A stretch of DNA of 59,302 bases, filler included, from Sphacelaria rigidula (taxonomy: Eukaryota): NCBI GenBank assembly GCA_964200075.2. It is 6 parts of 6 records of this genome, joined end to end, with 100 filler letters (N's around TTAATTAATTAA, not from the genome) between each part and the next. Parts side by side here need not be neighbours in the genome. Positions count along the whole stretch, not along the records: positions 1 to 9,801 come from CAXNAA020007733.1; positions 9,902 to 19,702 come from CAXNAA020007734.1; 4 more parts are not named here. One strand, 5' to 3'. The notes under the pieces are model-generated. The model saw nothing but the letters and a program-made list of their open reading frames with translations, had not been told where the DNA came from and searched no databases. The position numbers were made by a program, and so were the translations under genes. This document shows, in pieces, positions 1 through 13,000 of this stretch. How positions within the stretch are numbered: position 1 is the first letter of the stretch; the number at the start of each line of letters is the position of its first letter.

Positions 1-3000
1 ATGAGATGTCCCAAATACCGGTACCGGGTACCTACCTTACCTATGGTGCCAGTGTAAACTTCACAATATACTGTCGAAAAGTGTGTTACGTACGGTATCC
101 ACTATTGCGTCTACTGCAATAGGCGATAGATTCCATACTGTCCGCAGTACAATTTTTTACCATGTAATCTATCTGTCATTGTCCAGGGTGTGATAAACTC
201 GTCTCTCGTCCATCTACTTTTTGTCAGACTTGATTTTCTAGATGGGGTAACAATTTTTACTCCTACACTCTATGAAACTTAGCGTCCTGTCGAAATAAGC
301 GAAAAAAACAAACAAGCAAGAAAATTCCGAACAGCTTGACTTTTGGGGCTGCTTCGCCGCGAGCGACGTGACTGTTGAACTTTGTGGGGAAAGTTAAGGA
401 AATCCTATGCACGGTTCTTGGGTCCGACGCCCGAAGCCCATATGGGCAGCGTGGCTCGTGGAACGAAACAACCTGGACAGCACACCAAAGGAGGCTTGCA
501 GTTGGTGATAGTGCCACACTACCTCGAGAATCACTTTTGCTCGCAGGGCCTGTCCTATACGACCAACGCAAGGTGCTCTTAGATCTGTTCGGGTACCTGA
601 ACGTCCATAACGTCCATGCCTGAGCGATCAGGAAAAATATCGGGGGGGAGGTTCCCCACCTAGCTCGATACAGGGACTACGAGCTGGGCTAGTCAACAAT
701 TCTTTAATCACGGTTGGCAGGTGACGCGCCGCTTAGTATGAGGAGTTTGGTGCTGAAATTGTGACACGAAATTCTCATCAACAATGCGCCGAACGGAAAA
801 GAATGGAATTGAAAACGAGAGCGATTCGGAATTTCAGCAATAAATAAATAAACACCATAGCTCGATGATGTCGCTGCTTCGAGCACGACTTTTTAACTTG
901 CGTGGCAACGACCCTTGTAAAATTTCGGCTCAAAACTCCTGAAATTGAGCTACGCACATGCAAAGTTTTATTTGACACCGCTACGTCCTGGTAATCTAAG
1001 TGATATAAGAGACTTCAGTTACGGGGTCATGAGTTCGAATCCCGACATATCCTCTTTTTTCGCACAATCTGGTTCCATCGTTGCGATCACATATTATGCA
1101 GCAAATGGTTTCCTTTTTTTTTCTTTAGCGGCAGAGTGTGCATTAGCAGGTTGGTCTTCAGTTTCACAAGGACATACTTACATCGGGCTGATTCGGGAAA
1201 CTGAAGAAATTATTTTTAATCCGGGATACGAAAATTTTACGGCTGACCCAGCTCGAAGACAAACAAAAAATGTTAGCGGAGGTTGTGGTACAATACCATC
1301 ACTTCGCGCGTCTCGGCGACATGAAAACAGATCGGGGCGACAACAGAGAGCAAAAACTTTCACAGTCGACCTGCTGCTGGCCCCCAGCACTGGACAGTTC
1401 GCGGCAGCGAAATCAGAACACACCAATTGCGGTACGGTCGATCGTCAACCCTCAATACTCCACCGTTCAGGGTTGTTTTTCTGGTCAAATTACAGTACGG
1501 TAGCACGCATGGTAAATGTTTCTTCGCTGGAGACAACTCACGCACTTGGTGAGCACCCCGTAACGTTGGAGAGCTTTGTACACCTCGACCATAACCTCAT
1601 CACCGACGTCGGGGCGAACGACCGCCGGCAACGACCAGAGGCCATCGAGCAGGCCTAGAGACAAGATCGACCCTGTCTCCGACTGATCCTGACAGTAGTC
1701 CAGGAATGCGGCAATCTCCTCGCACTTTCTCTCTTCACTGGCGGAGCACAGCGCGATGTTCACCATGCGATTTCGCTGGGCGTCGAGTGTTCGCTGCGCA
1801 GAGCCGATCGTCCCACATAGAATGGAACGTTTTGACGTCAAAGGAGCATGGCGGGGTTGGGATAAACAGATTGCGATAAAAAATTTGGCGTACAAGGTCC
1901 TGCCAGTGACTCTCAAAGGTCAAGACATTCAGTGTTTGATTCGCAGATTGAGTTGTGTAGGAACTGCCGAAGGGGGCTTCAAAGGATCAGATCAAGCCAT
2001 CTCTCCCTCGGTACACGCCTGCAATTTTGGTATCGCCGATTGGATCATGACCAGCACTCCCACACCGCGTCGGCTCTTGTCAGAATACATTCCTCTTCCT
2101 GCTCACGTCCTAACAATTCTCAGCAGCGGAAATCATATACTATCTCGAAATCCCCCCCAAATACATCTGCCGGGAATCGGAGGCGCATTCTTCCAAAGTA
2201 TTTGTAATGACTTCCGTTGTACCGTTAGACTGTCGCGGTTGCAGCAGTAAAAAAGCAAAACTACCAAGGGCTTGCACTGAGCATCGCAACTTGCAGGGTG
2301 CAAGGAGGCTGCTTGTCGCAAGTTCTTCCTTCCCCGCTAGGAGATCTTGCACAATATTTAACCTGCGCGGACGCCCCGTCGCCTGCTCCTCGTCGAAGCA
2401 AGCCGAGGTGTTCCGATGGTAAGTACTCTTTCACCCCTTCCATAGCCCGCTTCACCGCAGTCGCCAGTATCGTCCGAGAGACAGGGCTTATCGTCCCCTC
2501 TCCCCCTCGCCCTGCGATATATCCAGCCCCCTGATTGAACAACGAAACTGTTGATTAGTACGCGCAAAATTTGAACAACCATCAATCCTAACTTGTAACA
2601 AATGTTATCTGATATCTGAACGGCCTTTTTGTTCAATCGCGGTTATTTCGACTGCCGTCAGACGGTTATATCCCCTTGGAACAACACCACTTTGGCGCGC
2701 TTGCGTGCTCAACAAATGGTATCTTTGGCGGTGATTCAAACAAAGTGCAATTCTTTTTCCTGCAATATGGAGACCCCAAACGTGGGTGAATGGGGCGCGT
2801 TCGGGGAATAATGACAACCCCATGAAAGAGAAGCTTTTCAAAACATCTATGGCAAGAGAAATCATGTTCCGGAATATGTACACTAGATGCATAGTTCCGA
2901 GAACTATCGGGAATCGGCACGTTGGGAAAAAAGTGGACTGCCTCTAAGATGGACAGCTACATGTACTTTTGCTGTCAAAGGGTCGACTAAATGCCCAACG

Positions 3001-5435
3001 ATGTTGCCCTTAAACATAAAATATGCTCAATTACCGTCAGAGGAGCGTCTGCACTGTTCGACTCCTGCGCACGTGATTCATTGCTATTGCAATTGCGAAC
3101 TGTTCGCGCTTACACATTCTCCTCCTCTTCTGCGCTGGTGCTGGCCGCGGCATGGTGGGCGTGTTTCGCACCATGTACGCGCTCCGATTGGTGTTCACAT
3201 AGTTGAGGTGTCGCCGTACTTCACAGCGTCTGAAAACGCAGCGCGACTCGCCCCGGCAAATGCGTGGCGCTTTGAACTTTGCCAACCTTTTTCCTTCCCC
3301 TAGCTCTTACCTCATTTATGCTCACCGCGTTGAGTCGAGCTGCTGCAGTCGTTTCACGGCCGACTGGGTCGTGCTTGAGAACAGGCTGAGAGACACGCTT
3401 TGTCCTCGACGGCTCACCGGTTAGAGATGCGCGAAGGCTGAACGCGTATCCGAACCCTGCACAAGAGCGACAAACAAGGGCCGGCACCAGGTAGGGGGGG
3501 GTGCTGTTTTATTGTCGCGTTCTGTACTATACTGTGTTTGTATTTCATCTCCGAGGATCTTCCCTTGGTAGGCGAGGTTGCGCACTACTGTACTCTTGAA
3601 AGCTCACGCAGCACCTGTGCTGCCCGTATCCTGTGTCTGCAAAGCTGTCACTGATGAGGTAGGATTGATATGCACCGCGTTTAAAATAAGGACATCATCG
3701 TATGTGACACAAACAGTAAAGTTAAATCCCCGCGGGCGAAGATTCCCTGGGACCGAAAACTCACCAACTACATATGGACTTATTTTGGTGGTGGTATTTA
3801 GCGTACTGCGGCTATATGTACAGGTACTATACAGACAAGAGGAGGTCAGTACTGCGAGCACCGACCAGGAGTCTGTATTCGCCCGTTTACTGAAAATCGT
3901 TGTGCTCACCCTGTGATGATTCGGTGCTCTAGCTTCGTTAGCCATCCGCGGTTGTACAGGCAACAAAACTCAGGAGACATATTCCAGGGAAGGGTCGACA
4001 TATAACAAGATTATTTAATATTTTAGACGCAGCTGTCCGAGTCATGCGTTTTTAGAGCTCGATGCTCTCGAGAAGTCCGAGTGATTCCCTCTATATTCCA
4101 TTGACTGAAAGATCGCTGCGAGATATCTCCAGAAAGAGAAGGACTAGTCGGCGTGGCTGTACGGCATGATCACGCAGCTGTCGATGAAATCGAGGTTGTC
4201 AACACTTGAACCTCATCGTTTGTGGATGGGGGGGGGAGGGGGGTGCTATCTCCCGTTTGCCAGGGTAAACAGCGGGAGAATTCGATACCTTACGTAAGCA
4301 GAAGTCAACAGGCGGTTTGACAAATATACATCGATCTCACCTTCTCTGCCTCCGCCGACAACAGCAAGCATCACCAGTACGGGCACAAAGTTTTGATGCA
4401 TCACTGGCCTACAGCACAAACGCCGGAGACGTGGCAAGCCCGAATTGAGTGCAAGATGACGTACAGCAGGTGAAAGTAGAAGATGCGAGACCCAGGCGGG
4501 GAAAGAGCCACGACATGACGCCGAATAACACCCTCCATGACAAGTATTTGAACATCAATGTTCAGTGTTCCCGAGAACCGCGGCAACCACGCTATATGGT
4601 TAGGTGATATTGATCTATATATTTTTTTATATAATACAAACTATAATGTCAAGTCATTCACAAAGACCAGGGTTTTCGGTGTTATATGATCTTGCGGTTG
4701 AGACACTTGGTCAAGGGAGTGTTATATACCGTGTATATAACCCCAGGGTTTCCACAATGTCCAGAAGGCCGGGGAATAACGGTTTGCCCCGGGGTGGGCG
4801 TCCTATTTCCCTATTACACGACGACTGGCAGCATGCACTGGACAACTCACTCTTCTACGGGGTGAAGCTATGTCTGCGCTGACAGCGGGTCGCGTTGGAT
4901 CCGGGGCACTTGTGTCATCTTTCATGGGGCGCGCTTGAGATATATCGATCTCGATCGATATCTTTGGACACGGATATAACAGGGGACAGGAAAGGAAAAG
5001 CAACAGCGAGTAGGTGAAACATGGAGGTGAGGGCCATTACAGAAGTTTGGAGGAAAGTGCAATGCCGGTTGGTTTCGTGTGTATTCTTTGTCTGTAGTAG
5101 AGGTGATGTGTTTATTCGATGTGTGCGCCTACACACCGCCGCCGGAAACACGACAGTGAGTTCGCACGGCGTTTGACCGTCATGTATGCATGCATGCCTG
5201 AAGGGGGGCGTTCCAGCCGTGTTGGGTGGTGGGCATAATTGCACTATTGCTTGCTTGTCTCTGTTGGTTGTGGTCGCACAGCTGCCTTCCTACTCACAAC
5301 ATCTGGACGTGCATTCATCATTTCTGATGTAACTAGAACAGCGCAATCGCATACATCACATGTACCAGTAGGAGATTTTGCGGACCCGGTTCGTGATCGA
5401 TACTGTGTCTTCGTCGACATAATATATTCTATCAA

Positions 5436-5840
5436 TAGATCTCGGAAATGGTTTGACTAACCATTGACCAGTTGAATAGTTAAGCGTAGCGCACTCATTA
5501 ACCAGTTAAATGGTACATAATGGTTGGGTCATCGAGCGGCGCAGCCGCCAGCCAAAAAGTCCCCCGGTAGAGGGGGCCCCGCCGGAGGCGCCCCTTGAGG
5601 GCCCCGCCGTGCGGGAGGCACATTTTTACACGATTTGGCTTCACGAGAGCTAAAAAATACGTTCGATTTGGACCAATTTTCAAGGGCTGTATGTAGCACA
5701 CGTGGCCGGTAACGGCTTATAAAGCCGGTAACGGTAAATAATGGTTTGAAACCATTATCCAAATTTCTCATATAACCATTACCATTATTATCATTATTAT
5801 GATAATGGCCAGGTATAACTGGTACCATTTCCGAGCTCTA
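5436..5840. mobile_element. non-autonomous DNA transposon (hAT-like TAG...CTA termini)
   Basis: 17-bp terminal inverted repeats (TIRs) TAGATCTCGGAAATGGT ... ACCATTTCCGAGCTCTA with one mismatch, around a GC-rich GGGGCCCC core. No clear target-site duplication (TSD). Confidence 0.6.
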
Positions 5841-5919
5841 ATATATACTGAAGGTGGTTAGTGTGTGGCCTGTTGCGTATTGCCCAGTGTTCACGTCATC
5901 GCTAAAACTTTTGCACTAA

Positions 5920-6401
5920 GGCCGGATGTTATGGCACACAGATCTTTGACCCACGGATCGTTCACTTTTATGGCGTTTGAGCCACTTTTTGACCCCCGAA
6001 CAGGGAACATCGCTAACATACGTCTTGGACACTTTGCATCACCCTACAGAGAGGAGCCGAGCCCACTTTTCAGATTCGCTTGGCTCCAAGATTTCGAGAG
6101 CGGTTGCTGAAGAAAAATCCGTGTGCAACAAAATCTATGGCGATTTCCACAGAATATTGGGCAAACTGGCGGGGGTCGGCAAGCACGGATTTTCGCACAC
6201 GAATTTTTGTTCAGCAGCCAATCTTGAAACCTCGGAGCCCAGCGAATCTGAAAAGTGGACTAGGCTCCTCTCTGTGGGGTGATGAAAAACGTCCAAGACG
6301 TATGTTGGCGATTCCCCCTGTTTGGGGGTCAAAGGGGGGGCCAAATGCCCCTAAGGTAAACAATCCGTGGGCCAAAAATCTGTTTGCCATAACATCCGGC
6401 T
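5920..6401. mobile_element. fold-back MITE, PIF/Harbinger-like
   Basis: About 210-bp imperfect inverted arms (GGCCGGATGTTATGGCA ... TGCCATAACATCCGGCT), flanked by TAA at 5917-5919 and 6402-6404 (3-bp TSD). Confidence 0.8.
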
Positions 6402-7149
6402 TAAGTGAGAATGAAATAAGGGGCTGTCAAGTTATCCACGAGAGCGATCGAGATTACTTCACCCCCCCCTGGGCCATGCAGAGGCCGGCTGGGCAATTTT
6501 CGTAGTTTGGTAGTACTCTGAATTTTCTCGTATAATATTTTCCCTCTTCACTCGAAAATTCTTCAGCATCGACAGGCTTCGGGAAAGAAGCAGGTTGTGC
6601 TAAAGACATGATCCTCAATTAATTGGCGTTGCGAGGATGCCACGGAGTAAGCACCTCGTCATCACGGTGTGTTATCAACTGTCAACAATATTTTCGTGGA
6701 TTTGGGAGTAAAGCATTAATAATTGAGAGAGCGTTTCATCATTCGCTTCATCTGGACCAATTTCCGACTGTGTGCGTGCTTTTTTTGCCTGTAACGCTGG
6801 CGTGTGCTTACAGCTCCATGTCGATACTCTACTTCTACTCGGGCATATCGCAAGGACTTTAGTGACAAGAAAGTGCAGAAAGCGTATCGGGTAATTTCGG
6901 AACTGAAAATATTCATTGAGTTTTTGACCGTTTTTCACCCTCAATCGCATCCTATACTCTCAATCTCACGAAAACATTATTTATGGCGCAATGAATAGGT
7001 AGAAATTCAAAAGCTAGCTGTCCTTGACGTTTGTCCACGATAACGATTGGGATTGCCCCAATCGACCAAAAAAAAACTAGCTTGAAAAACTAGCTGAGCT
7101 TCATGCAGCCTGAAATAAGGAAATACAGTAACCAAACATCAGTCGCTAT

Positions 7150-7979
7150 ATGTGTGTTGTGTGTGTTATCATCCCATCTATTCTGGACGCCAGTCTACAC
7201 CTCTCGGTATACGTGGGCGCATCAGCGGGGGTCACAGGAGGAAGGTCAACACAGGAGCTTTTTTTCTTCTCTTTTGATTTAGTACTCCACCTTCCTTCTG
7301 CGGTGCTTGCCTCAAGGTTACGGTTTTCTTATGTGTTCTGTGTGTTGTCATCCCATCTATTCTGGACGCCAGTCTACACCTCTCGGTATACATACGTGGG
7401 CGCATCAGCGGGGGTCACACAGGAGGAAGGTCAACACAGGAGCTTTTTTTTTCTTCTGGGCAATGCTACGGTAGGGATGCACTTTTTTCGCGAAATTTTG
7501 TCTGGTTCAGAGGCTTCTAACGATTCTAGACGCACAAGAATATGGGTCAGGGCATCCACGTTTGCAGATTAATTCGGGATATCCCCAGCACATCGGAATA
7601 ATAGTAATCCTGGCGTGCTCTCGCATATTTTCATAGGTCGTGTTTTGGATGAGATAAAGGGATCCTAAGAATTCTAACCTCAGAAAATATTTGTGTACCC
7701 CTACCGTAGCATCCCTCTTCTCTTTTGATTTAGTACTCCACCTTCTTTCTGCGGTGCTTGCCTCAAGGTTACGGTTTTCTTATCGCGAGAGGGGTTCAGC
7801 GGTCCCTTTCCCTCTTCGACCAAAAACTCGAAATTGTGTACCCACGACATAGTCGCTCTCTACCGTTGGGCATTGTGTGAGAAAAAAACCCAGATAGTGT
7901 GACTACATCCAGATTCGAACCCACGACCCAACCGTCAGAAGGTTTCGAGGTTATTACCGACTGAGCCACCGGGACGACC
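7150..7979 (-). mobile_element. tRNA-derived SINE (copy 1), with duplicated 3' tail and a nested MITE
   Basis: The minus-strand head GGTCGTCCCGGTGGCTCAGTCGG...GGGTTCGAATCT carries A and B boxes. The body is homologous to 47433-47777 and 58227-58467. The tail is tandemly duplicated (about 7165-7330 and 7343-7781) and ends in (CA)-rich repeats. Confidence 0.8.
7458..7715. mobile_element. MITE inserted in the SINE tail
   Basis: TIRs GGGCAATGCTACGGTAGGG ... CCCTACCGTAGCATCCC. It interrupts the TTCTTCTCTTTTGATTTAG motif that is intact in the adjacent tail copy at about 7261, with a short TCT-containing duplication at the junctions. Confidence 0.75.
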
Positions 7980-8011
7980 AGCTGTCTGAATGACCATTCA
8001 TTTCTCCGTGA

Positions 8012-8436
8012 AACACGGGATCTTACAAATTGGGGATGGATCTTTTATTGAGGATGAGAAACCCGGAGAATTAAAATCTTCGTACCCACGCCAAATCTTC
8101 GAAATATGGTTCCATTTCTTCACCTCCTAATAGCTATTGACAACTGATACACGTCATAGAATTTGGATTTCGATCACCGAAATGTTGGGGTCCTAGGTGA
8201 CAAACCAATTTTGGGGAATTCCGGGTGTCCGAACGGACGCCAAAATGGTTCCGAAATTGGTTCTTCACCTAGGACCCCAACATTTCGGTGATCGAAATTA
8301 AAATTTCTATGGCGTGTAGCAGTTGTCAATAGCCATCAGTAGGTGAAGAAATGGAACCATATTTCGAAGATTTGATGTGGATACGAAGATTTTGAATCTC
8401 CGCGTTTCCCATCCCCAATTTGTAAGATCCCGTGTT
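8012..8436. mobile_element. fold-back MITE with long inverted arms
   Basis: AACACGGGATCTTACAAATTGGGGATGG ... CCATCCCCAATTTGTAAGATCCCGTGTT. The arms extend about 190 bp, including CGATCACCGAAATGTTGGGGTCCTAGGTGA and its reverse complement. Confidence 0.8.
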
Positions 8437-9089
8437 CTTCGTTAGATTCCCGAGCTGATGACGGTTACTACGATTTGAAGCATGTGAAGATTCGGTGGAA
8501 AGTGGGCTTGGAATTCGTGTCTTCAATTTCAGAACACTTTAAAAGACACTGATTGGTCGAGACACATTTTTGTCCATAGCGCCACCGCTATACCCTTGAA
8601 CATAAATCCGGCTATGTCACCCTCTTCGTCTGTTCACGCCGGTCAGTATGATCCCATGTATGCAACTATTATTTTGGGTGCGTATTGCGGAAGGCATTAT
8701 TATTTGCTGATGACAGAGTCTTGGGCCTTTTGCGTGAACCAGTCTGTATGTCGTGTGAAAGCTAGAAAGTTGATCAATTTTGTCGTGTGAAAGCTAGAGA
8801 TTTGTCTCGCTGTTACTATATATATTATGTGTATACGCAAGTACGTGGCAATAAGGTAGTTGGAGAGGTCACACGCGGGGATCTTTTAGATTCCCGTAGG
8901 TCTCCTGTAGCTCAGTCTGCTTATGTGAATCTTTTGTAGTGTAGGTGCCCTTTTTCTTGTAGATATTTTGTTGCTCGCCTTCCTCTGCCGGCTGTTTTTG
9001 AGTTATGGGTATGGGTGATACGCTCCTTGCACTGTGTGACCACGGGTTCGAGAGATCGAGCTAATGTGGCGAACGCAGTAAAAACAATA

Positions 9090-9560
9090 ATAAGTCTGCA
9101 GACTGCCCATCACGAGCTCTTGCTGCGAGTGGTTGGATTCCGCAGGAAAGATACAAATAGCTACAAGACTATTTCGTACAGAAAGGTGCTCGGGGTGACC
9201 AACTGCGAACGTATCGAGACGACTATCCGCAAACGTCAACTCTGGTCCGCGGGAGTCCTTGTCATGAATGGTCGGTTAACCACACGAGGGCCCAAGGAGG
9301 CACCCCCCCCCCAAGCAAGGGGGGGATACCCTCCAGGAGAACATACGTGCACAAGGGGCTGTCCCACGCAAAGGAACCCGACGGAAGTGGTTCGCCTACT
9401 ATGGTGTAGACGTTAACGATGCATGCAACTAATTGGGTCACTGTGGCCAAGAACATGGGCACATGACATATTGGAGTCGAAAAACGTAGGGGGGCGGAAA
9501 AGTTTGAAGACACGTGGCGACGCACGGACGAACGAGAATCAGACCACCGTTGTCGAGGCG
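9090..9560 (+). mobile_element. 5'-truncated, degenerate 3' end of an RTE-type LINE ORF2
   Basis: The translation LQTAHHELLLRVVGFRRKD...ISYRKVLGVTNCERIETTIRKRQLWSAGVLV resembles the post-RT C-terminal region of RTE-clade LINEs. It is frameshifted downstream. Confidence 0.7.
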
Positions 9561-9801
9561 CCTTTAGCTTTTTGACGCTCTTATTATACTGTGTACAGAG
9601 TACTAGTGTCAATTAGAACATGATCATAAATTGTGATGCAAACGGAAGATAATGAACTATATTCAGCGTTCCATGCACGGAAGATGGTGCTGATTGTAAG
9701 GTGACAATATCCAAGCGAAGTGGCTCGGCTGGAGCAAGCGCCGACCCACCTATCGTCGAGTGTGGCCATCGAGGGAAACATGTCACAATAGCAGTCATAT
9801 G

Positions 9802-9901
9802 NNNNNNNNNNNNNNNNNNNNNNNNNNNNNNNNNNNNNNNNNNNNTTAATTAATTAANNNNNNNNNNNNNNNNNNNNNNNNNNNNNNNNNNNNNNNNNNN
9901 N
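9802..9901. other. artificial contig linker (44N-TTAATTAATTAA-44N)
   Basis: The same 100-bp spacer, with stop codons in all six frames, occurs five times at about 9.9-kb spacing. Confidence 0.98.
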
Positions 9902-10034
9902 CTGATTCTTGTAGCACACACCCCTACAAGAATCAGTACGCCCCCCCTTGTGGGGGGGGGGCAGGGGGTACATTGACGTTGCCTAGGAAGCTACAAGAGC
10001 CGAAGAGAGTCGCCAAAAAGCAAAAGAATCTCAC

Positions 10035-13000
10035 CGTTGCGACTCGGAAGAAAGCACTGACTTTGACATGGACCTGCGGGTACCTGTGGGAGCACAACAG
10101 ACGGGGGAATTGTGGGTGGATCAGGTCATCGCTTTAGAATCTGGATCGATCCGAATCGTGTGTTTCCTCTGCCAAAGTCATATCACAGTGCAACACGGTC
10201 ACGAAGGAGTAGACCACTGCGATCGTGCCCGTCGTCCGAACTTCTGCGATATGTCTTTGCTTCAACTCACTTGGCGAGCGTAAGCAGCTGTTCCCACGCA
10301 GCCTCATCCACCTCGCCCCCCTGAACGAAGAAACCGAAGTGATCCACAATAAGCTGACCCCCAACACACGGTGCAACCCCAGATCGTGTCACGCGGCGTT
10401 CGTCATGCACAGACAGTGAAAGGGAGAAAATACAGACAGAGTATCAGTGCTGTACCGGACGGAGAACGTCACAACGAGCCTGCAAATGGATGCACGGCGC
10501 CAGCTTTCCCACGCACTGTCCGGCCCAAATATTTTCCATGCCCTCTACGCTGATATGCTATGCTGCTTAGCCCGCTATTGATGATACCGATATTATATAG
10601 CACTTTAGCGCCGCTTGCATTCGGGAGAACGTACAACTACCGGTGCGAGGCACATCCTCGAATCATTGAAACGCCACCGCGATGTGGCTTCTGACACAGG
10701 TCGCACTCGACCGCTCGGCCACCCAGATAATTGTGTTGCCTGGCTTCCCCAGACAACCATTTCTCGTGCAGATTCTTATTCAAGACGTACAGAACAGCAA
10801 TATGCCCAAGTCATCGTGGGTCGTCGACACTTGCAAGTTTTCGCTGTGGAGAAGACACCATACGTGTAGCAACGGCGCAAAAATCACCACCTTCGTTTGC
10901 GGCGACGACTTCAGCAGAGCTTCTATGTCTTGCATATGAAGCCCCAAACCTTTGAAGCACATGACCCCCACGGGCATGTTTAATTCTCCGGCCTTGCGAT
11001 ATAGTGCCATCCCCGTTTCATCCTTCATACCCTCCCCCCCCTCTGCCCACAGGTAGGGATTAAACCTCACGCCACAGAAACCCTGTACAGTTGGAAAAAA
11101 CAGAAAGGATACGATGGGAAACTTGAGGAATGGAAGACACATCGGATACTATCCATGCTGATGTTCGGTGCAAATATGAAGTGCTCGTGCGGCGTCTAGC
11201 TTCACGTCGAGGTACCGGCTTGGCGCTGGGAGCACCCCATACAGTCGACTTTACCTGCCCGGCTGTAGGGTTCAACCCTCAACACCCCCAAGATACAGGA
11301 GTGGGTCGCCCATGTTTGTATGCCCATGCCTGTACGCATGCAGGCCTTGACCTCGGTTCAATGACATCAACTATTGGCAATGTTGTCAACTGTCGACAAG
11401 GATATCAATTTCGGGGATGAAACCGACTTTTGAAGATGGGCGTCACCTGGTCGTGAAGACGCTCCAAGTCCGCGGTTGCCTCTTGCGGTGTGAGGGAGGG
11501 GTTGGCGAGACACATGGCCTTTAGCCTGCGCGGAGAAAGGCGAGCAAAAACGTGCGATGAATGCAAAACACCCGCATGCAGGGGAAAGCTCGTCTAGACA
11601 GAATGCATGATCTGCACTCAATCTCAATATTCATGATTTCACCAGAAGAAGGCAACATACCCTACTGGTACCATACAGCGGGGTGGCGAGTTCTGCGGGG
11701 GAGACCGCTATACTGATGCATACCGACCACGGCAGGGAATATGCTGGGACCGTAGAATTAATGAAGATGAAACACAGCTACGGATCAACGCAGTGTATGT
11801 CAGCCTCTTGTGAAATTCTTCATACATCGGACGAGCACGAGTATGACTCGTGGCACTCGCGCTCGCTGGGCTGCTCGTTGGCCGTTTTTGAAGGTCCTCG
11901 ACCACTCGAGTCATTGCTCGTTGTGGAAAAATTAGGAGGGCGAGTGCTCGAGTCATTGCTCGTGGTGAACGACTTGACTCGAGGAGTCAGCAATTTGACG
12001 AGCAAGTCATTATAATAAGCTCCTCAATGATCTTGAACCTATCATCTTCAAGTCCATGCCCATATCTGCACATGTACAAACGTCAAGCTTCGAAGCGGAC
12101 CAGAGTCGTATCCCACGTCGCAAATCATGTATAGGCTGGATGGTGTTTTCGGACTGTGGTATCTTCACTGTCGCGCCGGAAAACCTGGCAAATGTGCAAG
12201 GCATCTGGTGCGTGTACAAGGCATACCAGGGAGAACAACATCGACATCGCACATGCCCCCAAATCGTTTCTAAAACAGCCTACATGCTGGGACGTGCTTC
12301 GTTTCGAATAAATAAGCTGAACCGTGCAGGCAGCAGGTACGAGTGGGTGCTATAACGTGAAAGCGCATCCGTTGTGAACTGCGAATATGTCCGTCAGAAG
12401 TCATCGGCGATGCTAACAGTAGGCGGAGCCGCACTAGCGAATGCAGGGAGTCTGCCGTGGTGCGGAGTATTGTACAAGCAGAGAAGCCGCAGCCGCCAAC
12501 AGCGGTGGTGGTGGTGCGGAGTACTGTACAACGAGAACAGCCGTAGCCGCCAGTACAGCAAGAAGGCCGCGATTTTTCTGCTTGTACAGTGCTCCGTACC
12601 ACCGCAGGCTCCCTGCATTTGCTAGTGTGGCTCCGTCCCATGTGATGAGAGACACACTGTCAAGCGTCAGGTACCTGGCTGTGCCGCATGAGCGGCAATG
12701 GTGATGACTTCTTCGCACGTCGGACGAGCACGAGGATGACGCGTGGTACTCGCGCTCGCTGGGCTGCTCGTTGGCCATTTTTGGAGGTCCTCGAGCACTC
12801 GAGTCATTGCTCGTTGTGGAAAAATGAATAGGGTGAGTACTCGAGTCATTGCTCGTTGTGTTTGAAAAAACATCGACGAGTGCACTCGTTTCGACGAGTA
12901 ATGACTCGTCCGACGTGTGCAATTCTTACCTCTCACCTTCCGGGGCAATTTGCGATGGCGTCCAGCACGTAAGAGTGGTCGAATTTGTAGTTAATAGGCT

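Noticed and set aside
978-1047. tRNA-like sequence with GAGTTCGAATCCC
   Set aside because: Only the T-arm/B box is convincing and no cloverleaf forms.
945-1658. 237-aa plus-strand ORF
   Set aside because: Non-ATG start, no recognisable domain, and it crosses repeat-like sequence.
9802-9901. TTAATTAATTAA palindrome as a biological site
   Set aside because: It is the assembly linker, repeated identically between N runs.
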